Source: Leucoraja erinacea (Eukaryota). From it: a stretch of DNA of 64,000 nucleotides. Both the position numbers and the translations under genes were made by a program. Location of the stretch: positions 3,596,001 through 3,660,000 of the forward strand of contig NC_073408.1 of the NCBI RefSeq assembly GCF_028641065.1, in the 5' to 3' direction. Below are positions 1 through 10,705 of this stretch, in pieces. Below the pieces are notes generated by a model that ran no database searches, was not told the origin of the DNA, and saw only the letters and a list, made by a program, of their open reading frames with translations. Position 1 is the stretch's first letter. Every line of letters begins with the position of its first letter.

Positions 1-787
1 AGGTGGGGAGAGATTTATCTACTTGGTTCCACCGCTCAGAGCAGAGATTTTTTTTTAGACTCTTGTACTTCTCATCTTCACATAATGCATCGATCCTAAA
101 GAAAATTCCACCGGCCATCTAAAACAAAGGCAGAACGTGTTTGAGCCACTCGACAGGTTAGGCAGCATTGGTGGGGAGAGAAATATGAATGACTGGGTCA
201 GGTTGATGTGTGGGAAGGGAACTGCAGGTGCTGGTTGAAACCAAAGATAGACACAAAAGGCTGGAGTCACTCTGACTGAAGAAAGGTCTCGACCCAAAAA
301 GTCGCCTATTCCTTTTCTCCAGAGACATTCTGCCTGACCCGCTGAGTTACTCCAGTAATTCTCTACTTTGCAAAGGCTCTGGTGGTTGGTAGTTGAATAT
401 ATTCAAGTCAGAGTCTGCTAGGTGTTTCAACATTAAGATTCAAGATTCAAGAGAGTTTATTGTTGTGTGTCCCAGATAGGACAATCAAATTCTTGTTTTG
501 CTACATTAAGGACATGACTTGAGCATTGTCCGCGAGCATTGCCACTTTCATTTCACTGCACATCTCGTATGTGTATGTGACAAATAAACTTGACTTGACT
601 TGACTTCGAATAGGGGCAGAGTGTGTTTATGAGTGTGAAGTCGAGCTCGGTTATCGACTATGAAATTATTGAATGGCAGCAACTAGATAGCGGTCCTGAG
701 CTACCATTTATCTAATTGGATACCCTCTGACTATCTTTAATCAGAATTCATCAGCACATGAAGAGTCAATTCTCTGTACATTAAAAA

Positions 788-982
788 ATGTTTAAGAAGG
801 AACTGCAGAAGCTGGAAAAATCGAAGGTAGACAAAAATGCTGGAGAAACTCAGCGGGTGAGGCAGCATCTATGGAGCGAAGGAATAGGTGACGTTTCTTG
901 TCGAGACCCGAAACGTCACCTATTCCTTCGCTCCATAGATGCTGCCTCACCCGCTGAGTTTCTCCAGCATTTTTGTCTGCAT
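788..982. mobile_element. Penelope-derived fold-back mini-element
   Basis: Perfect 69-bp inverted arms 829-897 / 910-978. TSD TGTA(C/T)ATTAAAAA at 775-787 and 983-995. Confidence 0.8.
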
Positions 983-1204
983 TGTATATTAAAAATATAT
1001 TTATTACTGATGCCTTATCAGGGGAATCATCCTGCCGGCACCCGTTTTAGAAAATACAGACTTTGTATTCACAGCCTCTGGCTTTTAGGACAATTGCTTT
1101 ATCTCATGAATCTCATTAAACTTTGTTTCAATTCCAGCCAAGATGAATAATCCCGGGTGAAACAGCAATTCTCTTGTGCTTGTTGCAACACACGGTACAG
1201 CATT

Positions 1205-1780
1205 TGGTGTCCACAATGTGGCCTCCTCCACGTTAGACAACAATCCAAACACAGATTGGGTGATTGTTTTAATTTAGTTTAGAGATACAGCGCAGAGGTA
1301 GGCCCTTCGGCCCATCGAGTCCGCGCCGATCATCGATCCCCGGCATACTTGCACTATCCTACACACACTAGGGACAATTCACACTTATACCAAGCCAATT
1401 AACCTACAAACCTATACGGCTTTGGAGTGTGGGAGGAAACCGGAGCTCCCGGAGAAAACCCACGCAGGTCACGGGCAGCGCGTGCAAACTCCGTACAGAC
1501 AGCACCCGTAGTCAGGGCCTATCCCGGGTCTCTGGCACTGCAAGATAACAACTCTACCGCTGCGCCACCGTGCTGCCCTAGATAGATTTTCACGGCAGCT
1601 GCACTCAGTGTACAGGAGTGAGTAACTCTGAGTTCTGGTTGCCTGCCAGTTTAAGTCACCAGCCTACTCCCACTCTGCCTCTGCCCCCCCCCCCCCCCCC
1701 TGCACTGCTACAACACTGATCTTCCAACTGGGCACGTTGTAGCCTCTGGCCTCTATCGAGTTCCCCAACTTTAAATAACT
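1205..1780 (+). mobile_element. Decayed Penelope-like GIY-YIG endonuclease fragment, split by a SINE
   Basis: Remnants of QCGLL...RLGDCF and LIFQLGTL*P...IEFPNFK*. Confidence 0.6.
1271..1580 (-). mobile_element. HE1-like V-SINE
   Basis: tRNA-derived head, V-domain and CR1-like tail with (CTAAA)n on the minus strand. Confidence 0.85.
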
Positions 1781-3196
1781 CGCTCTTCATAAGTCATTAG
1801 AGTCGAGGTCAATGTCGATGACCCAGGCCACAAGTGTCTCACAGAAACATAGAGAAGCAATGCAAATGCAGGACGAGACCATTTGGCACGGTCATTCAAT
1901 GATCATGGCAGATCATCCAGAATCAGTACCCCGTTCCTGCTTTCTCCCCATATCCCTTGATTCCTTTAGAACGATACTGAACTCCCTCCAGTGAGTGAGC
2001 CCACAGCAGGCAGGGGGTTTGTGCTTCCAAAGCACATTTTACGCACAAGTGTGACTCTCAGTACATCTGGACCAATAATGTGCTTTGTGGGGTTAATGTT
2101 CGGAATGTGCCGTTTTGTACACAAACGGAAATGGTGTCTAACCAAATGTTCTTCCGCAGTGAAATTAACCAAGGATAAATATTGGCCTGAAGAAGGGCCA
2201 CGGCCCGAAATGTCACCCATTCCTTCTCTGCCTGACCCGCTGAGTTCCTCCAGCTTTTTGTGTCTACCTTTGGTTCAAAGATACCCAGAGAGTTGTGAAT
2301 CTGTGGAATTCTCTGCCACAGAAGGCAGTGGAGGCCAATTAACTGGATGTTTTCAGGAGAGAGTTAGATTTAACTCTTAGGGCTAATGGAATCTAGGGAT
2401 ATGGGAGAGAAAGCAGGCACTGATTTTGGAAGATCAGCCATGATCATATTGAATGGCGGTGCTGGTTCGAAGGGCCGATTGGCCTACTCCTACACCTATT
2501 TTCTACGTTTCTGTGTAAACCAGCATCTGCAGTTCCGTCCTACACGGCCTACACCTCCCAATTTGTTACACGCAGTGACGCACACACACACTCCCATGTT
2601 TCCTGGATTTGCCACTCTGTTGTGAGTTGAGACGTGCGTTTGCACTTTCCCAGAGTGGGGTGTCAGAACCTTGCCCATCCCCTGAGCCGGAAACGGAGCC
2701 TGTCCCGGATTTAATGCCGAACGTGTTGCCTCTGCCCCGACCCATCTGAAGGTTATGCGTTGTATCTGTGAGTCATTCAGGTTTCTCGTGTGAGATCAAG
2801 ATCTTGAGACGTGCTGATCAATAGTGGGATTAGCTTCGCGCTGTCATATCAGATGTGACACGGGCAGTGAGTGAAAACTGAACCAAGCGGGTGAGCTGCA
2901 ACAGAGAACAGGCAATGGGGGAGGGAAGGCATAAGATAGCAGCGACAGAATTCATCCACTTTGTTCCCCACTACTTCCTTTGTTTTGATTAGCATCAAAA
3001 CTTCAAAGGTTTATTATTTTTTTTTCTTGCAACGACGGGCTGTGAACGGTTCACAATCTGTTATCCGGCATTGTAATCATGCAGAAGATAGGCACAAGGT
3101 GCCGGAGCAGCTCAGCGTCGCTGGAGAGAAGGAATGGGTGATGTTCCATGCCGGGACCCTTCTTCAGACCTCAACTCAGCCTGAATTGAGAAATGA

Positions 3197-3365
3197 TTCT
3201 TCTTCTTCTGTCGAATGTCTTTTAGACCTGCAGCTCCGTTGAGGCGAGCCAGGCCAACGTGGGTGTCATCGTCCAGGTCAATCAGACCTCGTTCACCATT
3301 CGGTGGCCGGTGTTTGGGGCAACTGGTGACGATGTGCTCCACTGTCTGTGTTGGGCCCCCACACT
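3197..3365 (-). mobile_element. 5'-truncated non-LTR retrotransposon 3' end with C-terminal zinc knuckle (RTE-X/I-group-like)
   Basis: CGGPTQTVEHIVTSCP, (GAA)n tail, 15-bp TSD TGAATTGAGAAATGA at 3182-3196 and 3366-3380. Confidence 0.7.
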
Positions 3366-3826
3366 TGAATTGAGAAATGAGTCTGAAGAAGAGATCCGAC
3401 CCGAAACGGCAGCCATTCCTTTTGTCCAGAGATGCCGTCTAACCCGCTGAGTTACTCCAGCATTTTGGTTTAAACCAGCATCTGCAGTTCCTTTTAACAC
3501 ATTGCAATCTTGCATGGATAGGACAGGTTTGCTGGGATATGGACCAAGCGCAGGCAGGTGGGACTAGTGTAGCTGGGGCATGTTGGCTGGTGTGGGCAAG
3601 TTGGGCCGATGGGCCTGTTTCCACACTGTATCACTCTATGATTCGTTGACTCTAATGCTAGAATGGCCGTTGTACCTCTGCTCAGCTCGAGGACAACTTA
3701 CTTTCACTTCAGTTCTGTGGGTTGTGAGGTGGCTGTTTGGGCCGCTGTGGGGACCCACTGTCTATGGCACTAGTCAGGTGGAGGCCCCTGAGATGCAGGT
3801 ATGGGAGGTAGCTATTGCACTTACCA

Positions 3827-4142
3827 GGGCGGTCACGGTGGCGCAGCGGTAGAGTTGCTGCCTTACAGCGAATGCAGCTCCGGAGACCCGGGTTCAATCC
3901 CGTCTACGGGTTCTGTTTGTACGGAGTTTTCACGTTCTTCCCGTGACCTGCGTGGGTTTTCTCCAAGATCTTCGGTTTCCTCCCACACTCCAAAGACGTA
4001 CAGGTTTGTAGGTTAATTGGATTGGCAAATGTAAAAAATGTCCCTAGTGGGTGTAAGATAGTGTTAATGTGTGCGGGGATCGCTGGTCAGCACGGGCCCG
4101 TTGGGCCGAAGGGCCTGTTTCCGCGCTGTATCTCTAAACTAC
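3827..4142 (+). mobile_element. HE1-like V-SINE, full length
   Basis: A box TGGCGCAGCGGT, B box GGTTCAATCC 3891-3900, V-domain, tail GGGCCGAAGGGCCTGTTTCC...CTCTAAACT. Confidence 0.9.
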
Positions 4143-5359
4143 AATTTTCACTGGGCTTCTGTTTGCTCTTGACAGAGATTCCTGGGTCTCGGTGCCCCTT
4201 CATTTGGAGCGGGAATGGGACAAAACCATTTCCAAATTGGTGAGTGAGGCAAGGATGTTCCCAGAACATCCGTTAAGAATTTCCTCTCATCTCCAGGCAA
4301 TTTCCAGCATTTTGTGTCTATCTCTGGAGCATCTTGTTCGGAGTGGGCAAGTTGGGCTGAAGGGCCTGTTTCCATGCTAACCCTTGCTTGGTTCTCCTCC
4401 CACATGTGCTACCTGAGCTGCTGGGTGTTTTCAATATATATTTATATGTATTTGCTATGAATGCCACAAGCTGATTTGAAAAACAGAAGTGGAAACGCAT
4501 GGTCAAGAGTGCGTGAAATGTTCAGGGCGAGTGCCAGAGATGAGTTGAGTTGAGAGATGAGTTCCTGAACCAACAGATGTCACATTGCATCCTACCTCCA
4601 TGTTGTACCACACACACACACACCAGTGATCATCATGCATGTTAAAAACAATGCCACAGACTGCGGGCAACTATAAATGACACGGAAACTGACTCAAAAC
4701 ACGAGCAGACAAGATGCATGATCGGCAGTGTGTAAAATGTAGCAGATATTCAGCTGGGTGGTAATGGGGGGGCTGAGGAGAACATTTGTTGGCTATTTCA
4801 TGCAAAGGCTATAGAGAAGGATTGGGTTGACTTGGCCAGTCAGAGCTACAATGTGTAGATGTTGGATTGGCCAAAGATCATAAGTGATAGGAGCAGAATT
4901 AGGCCATTCGGCCCATCGAGTCTACTCCACCATGGCTGATCTATCTCTCCCTCTCAACCCCATTCTCCTGCCTTCTCCCCCTAACCCCTGACACCCGTAC
5001 TAATCTAGACAGTGTCAATCTCCGCCTTAAAAACATCCATTGACTTGGCCTCCACTGTTTGGTTTATGGCACATGGATTATTTGGCACCGGATTGGATGG
5101 AAAGATTTCACAAGATCATAAGACATAAGTGCACAATTAGGCCATTCGGCCCATCCTCTGCTCTGCCATTCCATCATGACTGATCTATCTCTCCCTCTCA
5201 ACCCCATTCTCCTGCCCTCTCCCCATAACCTTTGATACCCTTACTAATCCAGAATCTATCAATCTCCGCTTTAAAAATGCCAATGCCTTGGTCTCCAAAG
5301 CCGTCTGTGACAATAAATTCCACAGATTCATCACCCTCTAGCTGAAGAAATCCTGCTCA

Positions 5360-6050
5360 GAAAAGCTGGTCTGCACTGTCGCCCTCTCACCCAGGTCTAC
5401 AAAGGACTGATAGAGAGCATCCTCACCACAGGCATCACGGTGTGATATGGAAACACCACACAGACAGAGAGGAAGGCTCTACAAAGAGTCATAAAGACTG
5501 CAGAGAGGATTATCAGAACGGAACTCCCCTCCATGGATACAATCTATACACAGCGCTGTCAAAAAAGAGCCGAGAGAATCATCAGAGACACACTACATCC
5601 AACTCACTCCCTGCTCAAACACAAAAGCTGCACATACAACCTCAGGCACAGACGAGCGGACGGCATCGTCACAATCAGAACACGCTTTTTTTAAGAGCTT
5701 TTTCCCTGCCACAGTGAGACTCTTGGCCAAAATGAACTGATGTCCTGACCTACCTCATAGCACATCATATTATATTATAGTATATTGTCTCCTGGGCCTG
5801 TGCAATTTACAATGCAATCGACACTTTTTATATCGGGTTTGTGTAATTTACAACGCTCTCACTTTCCCCTTTATACAGGGTTTTAGGCATTTTCTTTCTT
5901 TTTTAGTTCTAGAGAAGTATATGTTTTTATAGATTATGTGTCTTCTGTGTGTCTTTTTAACTTGACTTGACTCTCTGAACAACCGCACAAGAGTTCCTAT
6001 GTGTGTAAGCACAAATGGCAAATAAAGCTTTTGACCTTTTTGACCTTTGA
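5360..6050 (+). mobile_element. Rex1/Babar-like LINE 3' fragment inserted in a minus-strand CR1 (about 5120-6335)
   Basis: YKGLIESILTTGITV*YGN...LQRVIKTAERII, AATAAA and TTTGACC-type tail. CR1 sequence resumes on both sides. Confidence 0.7.
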
Positions 6051-6695
6051 CCTTCCTCATCTCTATTCTGAAGGTACGGTCTTTTATTCTGAGGCTGTTT
6101 CCTCTGGTCCTAGATTCTACCAGTAACGGCAACATCCTCTCCATGCCCAGTCTATCCAGACTTTTCATTATCCAGTCGGTTTCAATGACATCCCCCTTTC
6201 GTCTTTCTAAACTCCAGCGAGTACAGGCCCAGTGTAATCAAACGCTCCTCGTATATCAACTCCAATCATCAGCAGGATTATCCTTGTAAACCTTCTCAGG
6301 ACCCCCGCCACTGCCAGCACATCCATCCTCAGATAAATGGTAGAGAATGAAAGGCAAGACTGATGATTGGACTTCCACCTTGGCAGGTGTGGTCTTGTTT
6401 AGAATTGACTTCTGCAAGAAGCCGGTGACGAGTTTATCTCAATCAAAGCTCTTAATGTATGTCGGACAAAACTGACCGAGAATGACCATGAATGTTGTTA
6501 AGTGGTCGGAGACCAAATGGCCATCCTCCTGGTCGAAGATGAAGGCCCAGCAAGGCTGGAAGGTTGCTTCTGTACACGACTGGGTTTGCGTAGATCGCGT
6601 GAAATTTTAAAATGAGTTTTTGAGATGTTTGGACTTAAAGGAGGAAAGGGAGTAAAGTTCGGATGGAAAAAAACTAAAATCATTTTAATTAAAAG

Positions 6696-6982
6696 GTAAA
6701 TTGGAGGAGCAGCAGCACCTCATATTTCGCTTGGGCAGTTTACTCCCCAGCGGTATGGACATTGACTTCTCCAATTTCAGGTAGTCCCTGCTTTCTCCCT
6801 CCTTCCCCTCCCCTTCCCAGCTCTCCCACAGCCCACTGTCTCCGCCTCTTCCTTTCTTCTTCCCGCCCCCCCCCCCACCTCCACATCAGTCTGAAGACGG
6901 GTCTCGACCCGAAACGTCGCCTATTTCCTTCGCTCCATAGATGCTGCCTCACCCGCTGAGTTTCCCCAGCACTTTTGTCTAC
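6696..6982 (+). mobile_element. Penelope-like element 3' end with hammerhead-bearing pLTR
   Basis: Encodes KLEEQQHLIFRLGSLLPSGMDIDFSNFR* (PLE endonuclease C-terminus). 12-bp TSD TTTAATTAAAAG at 6684-6695 and 6983-6994. Confidence 0.85.
6889..6920 (+). ncRNA. Minimal type I hammerhead ribozyme motif
   Basis: GU-CUGAAGA-C-GGGU(CUCG)ACCC-GAAAC-GUC^GC. Confidence 0.65.
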
Positions 6983-7399
6983 TTTAATTAAAAGAAGAAT
7001 CGTTTTAAATTAGAACAAAAGAGAAGGTTTAGCGGGTTCAAGGAAGAGATATCATGTTTTCCTCAAATACAGACCTTCGGTTTCAGAACAAGCTAGATAA
7101 AACACTTCAGAAACGGGCAGGAAATCAGATTATTCTGTAAATTCTGCGTTATTCATCTTTTAACCCTGGCCAGGATGTATTCTTCTCGGGGAGTTGAGAG
7201 ACATATCTCCCCAAGATCTGATACCCACCAGTTCCTTCATTCTGACCCTTGAGTATATTAATTTTTTTTTAAAAAATTATTAAATCATTGAGAACATTAG
7301 CGACGCAGTGGTGCTGGTTTAAGACGGGCAATATACGTATAGAATGTGCATGATGGGGTGAGAAAGAAGCTACTTCTTCCAGCAAGGATGCCAGAATAA

Positions 7400-7729
7400 T
7401 AGCCCTGTCCCACTATGCGAGTTCATTCCAAGAGCTCTCCTGAGTTTAAAAAAAATCAAACTCGGGGTAAGCACGGAGAATGAACGTAGCGGGTACGTCG
7501 GAGCTCGGGGACGTCTCTTAGCGGCTCGTGACGCTAACGGCAGGTACTCGGGAAGACTCGCTAACGGCAGATCAGCACGGGAAGACTCGTGAAGATTTTT
7601 CAACATGATGAAAAATGTCCACGAGAGCCCCGAGTACCGACGAGCGTCCATTACCGTAAATCTCCGAGTTCGAATCAGGGCAAACTCGGGAGAACTCTTG
7701 GAATGAACTCGTACCGTGGGACAGGGGTT
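7400..7729. mobile_element. Non-autonomous PIF/Harbinger-like MITE
   Basis: TIRs ...CCCTGTCCCAC / GTGGGACAGGG..., flanked by TAA on both sides. Confidence 0.75.
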
Positions 7730-7841
7730 TAAAGGCGGTTACATCACAGATAGGTCTAGACCATTCAATGGTGATCAGCAAATAAATCTTCACATAAAGT
7801 GTAGCGGAGGTCTTCCCTGCTGAAATCAGTGTGAGTTGTTA

Positions 7842-8241
7842 AGGGGTTGTCCCACTTTACGAGTTTAATCCAAAACTTCTGCCGAGTTTAAAGGACCTAA
7901 ACAAAAAATTTAAGATTGGGGTAATCTACGAACTCCTACGATCTTCCACGAGAACCCACGACTACCCTCACAGTCTACTACCGTCTGCCCAACAACTAAC
8001 TACCAGTAAAAAGTTGCCATTTTTTTCATCCCGACTATTTTTTCACTCGTGGACATTTTTCATCGGGATGGAAAAAACGTCCCGACTTACCTGATGCCCC
8101 GAGTACCAACGGCTGGCGTAACGAGCCGCTACGATATATCTACCAACTCCTACGGGCTCGTTGCAAACATTCTGCGAGTTTGAATCAAGGGGAAAACTCG
8201 GGAGAATTTGTGAATTACCTCGTGAAAGTGGGACTGGCCCT
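7842..8241. mobile_element. Non-autonomous PIF/Harbinger-like MITE (related family, opposite orientation)
   Basis: TIRs AGGGGTTGTCCCAC / GTGGGACTGGCCCT with TTA TSD. A further partial copy lies at about 12299-12435. Confidence 0.75.
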
Positions 8242-8294
8242 TTAGACACTGGGGGTGGGGGGTGGGAAGGCGATGTAACACTGTGGGGTGTAAC

Positions 8295-8935
8295 AGTCTA
8301 CTTCCTCTACTTCCTGAGAAGATTACGGAGAGTCGGAGTCAAGAGTCAATTTTGACCCTGGAGGTCAAGGAAAACTCTCAGCTATACTTCTACAGGTGCA
8401 CAACATAAGTAGATTTTACATGCTCCATCACGGTTGCCATCGTGGCTTGGTTCTCAACTTCTCCCCCCCCCCCCGCCCTGGAGAGGAAAAGACTACAAAA
8501 AGTAGTAAACACTGCCCAGTCCATCATCGGCTCTGACCTTCCTTCCGTCGAGGGGACTTATCGCAGTCGCTGCCTCAAAAAGGCTGGCAGCATCATCAAG
8601 GACCCACACCATCCTGGCCACACACTCATCTCCCTGCTACCTTCAGGTAGAAGGTACAGGAGCCTGAAGACTGCAACAACCAGGTTCAGGAATAGCTACT
8701 TCCCCACAGCCACCCACCTGGCTCGGACAAAACTCTGATTATTAATAACCACTTTCTGTTATTTGCACTTTACCAGTTTATTTATTCATGTGTGTATATA
8801 TTTATATCATGGTATATGGACACATTTATCTGTTTTGTAGTAAATGCCTACTATTTTTTTTCTGTGTGCTTAAGCAAAGCAAGAATTTCATTGTCCTATA
8901 CAGGGACACATGACAATAAACTCACTTGACTTGAT
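8295..8935 (+). mobile_element. Rex1/Babar-like LINE 3' fragment
   Basis: LQKVVNTAQSIIG...IIKDPHHPGH...LLPSGRRYRS...RFRNSYFP followed by a TGACAATAAA tail. Confidence 0.8.
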
Positions 8936-9002
8936 ATTAAAGACATTAACTAAGGAAGGTGGGCAGAGTAAGACATACATATCATCTTTGGTTTAAGAAC
9001 AG

Positions 9003-9288
9003 GGGCAGCACAGTGGCGCAGTGGTAGAGTTGCTGCCATACAGCGATAGGGACCCTGGTTCGATCTTGACGTTGTCTGTACGAAGTTTGTACATTCTCCC
9101 CGTGACCGGGTGCTCCGGTTCCCTCCAAAACATGTAGATTTGTAGCTTAATTGGTTTCGGTAAAATTATAAATTGTCCCCAGTGTGTAGGATGATGCGAG
9201 CATTGTACGGGGTGATCACTTTTCAATGTCGACTCGGTGGTCCGAAAGGCCAGTTTCTGCGATGTATCTCTAGAGTTTAAAGTCTAAA
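9003..9288 (+). mobile_element. HE1-like V-SINE
   Basis: tRNA head with GGTTCGATC B box, V-domain and CR1-like tail. Confidence 0.8.
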
Positions 9289-9669
9289 CAGGCTTGAGGG
9301 GCAGAATAGCCTCCCTCTGTTCTTCTATTTGAATGCTTTAAAATATCTTTGGAGTTTTCAAGGAAGCCAAGGTCTTAAATACAATGTGCAATGACATTAT
9401 TCTGTTTGACAAGGATAGACACAAAATGCTGGAGTAACTCAGCGGGTCGGGCAACGCCTCTGGGTGACGTTTCAGGTGGAGGCGCTTCTTCAGACTGAGA
9501 GTCGGGAGAGAGGGAAACTAGAGATATGGATGGGTAAGGTGTAAAAAGGGCAGATCAAAGTAGATGATCAAGGGAATGTAGAATGGTTCATTGTTGACTG
9601 GGGGTGAGGTGGGGGGGGGGGGGGGTGACAAGAGGCACACAAAGGATGCTTGTTCTGAGGGCGCAACAA

Positions 9670-10705
9670 GAGCTTTTGTGTGGACTTTTGTTATCCTAAT
9701 TTGAGGAAGGACATTCTTGCTATTGAGGGAGTGCAGCGTAGGTTTACAAGGTTAATTCCCGGGATGGTGGGAATGTCATATGCTGAGAGAATGGAGCAGC
9801 TGGGCTTGTACACTCTGGAGTTTAGAAGGATGAGACTGATTCCTGGGATGTCAGGACTTTCATATGAAGAAAGACTGGATAGACTCGGTTTGTACTCGCT
9901 AGAATTTAGAAGATTGAGGGGGGATCTTATAGAAACTTACAAAATTCTTAAGGGGTTGGACAGGCTAGATGCAGGAAGATTGTTTCCGATGTTGGGGAAG
10001 ACCAGAACAAGGGGTCACAGTTTAAGGATAAGGGGGAAATCTTTTAGGACCGAGATGAGGAAAACATTTTTCACACAGAGAGTGGTGAATCTCTGGAATT
10101 CTCTGCCACAGAAGGTAGTTGAGGCCAGTTCATTGGCTATGATTTAAGAGGGAGTTAGATGTGGCCCTTGTGGCTAAAGGGATCAGGGGGTATGGAGAGA
10201 AGGCAGGTACAGGATACTGAGTTGGATGATCAGCCATGATCATATTGAATGGCGGTGCAGGCTCAAAGGGCTGAATGGCCTACTCCTGCACCGATTTTCT
10301 ATGTTTCTATGTTTCTATGAGAGGCAATCTCATTGAAACATATAAAATTGTTAAGGGCTTGGACATGCTAGAGGCAGGAAACATGTTCCCGATGTTGGGG
10401 GAATCCAGAACCAGGGGCCACAGTTTAAGAATAAGGAGGAAACCATTTAGAACGGGGACAAGGAAACACTTTTTCAGAGAGAGAGTGGTGAGTCTGTGGA
10501 ATTCTCTGCCTCAGAGGGCGGTGGAAGCCGGTTCTCTGGATGCTTTCAAGGGAGAGCTAGATAGGGCTCTTAAAAATAGCGGAGTCAGGGGATATGGGGA
10601 GAAGGCAGGAACGGGGTACTGATTGGGGATGATCAGTCATGATCACATTGAATGGTGGTGCAGGCTCGAAGGGCCGAATGGCCTCCTCCTGCACCTATTG
10701 TCTAT
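9670..10705 (+). mobile_element. CR1/HER1 LINE 3' end containing a second nested CR1 (9836-10316)
   Basis: Two copies of RLIPGM.G.SY.ER...LGLY.LEFRR and two CR1 3' tails. ATGAGA occurs at both junctions. Confidence 0.85.

Noticed and set aside
3827-3905. tRNA-like A/B box sequence (also at 9003 and 1500-1580)
   Set aside because: These are SINE heads continuous with the V-domain and CR1-like tail, not tRNA genes.
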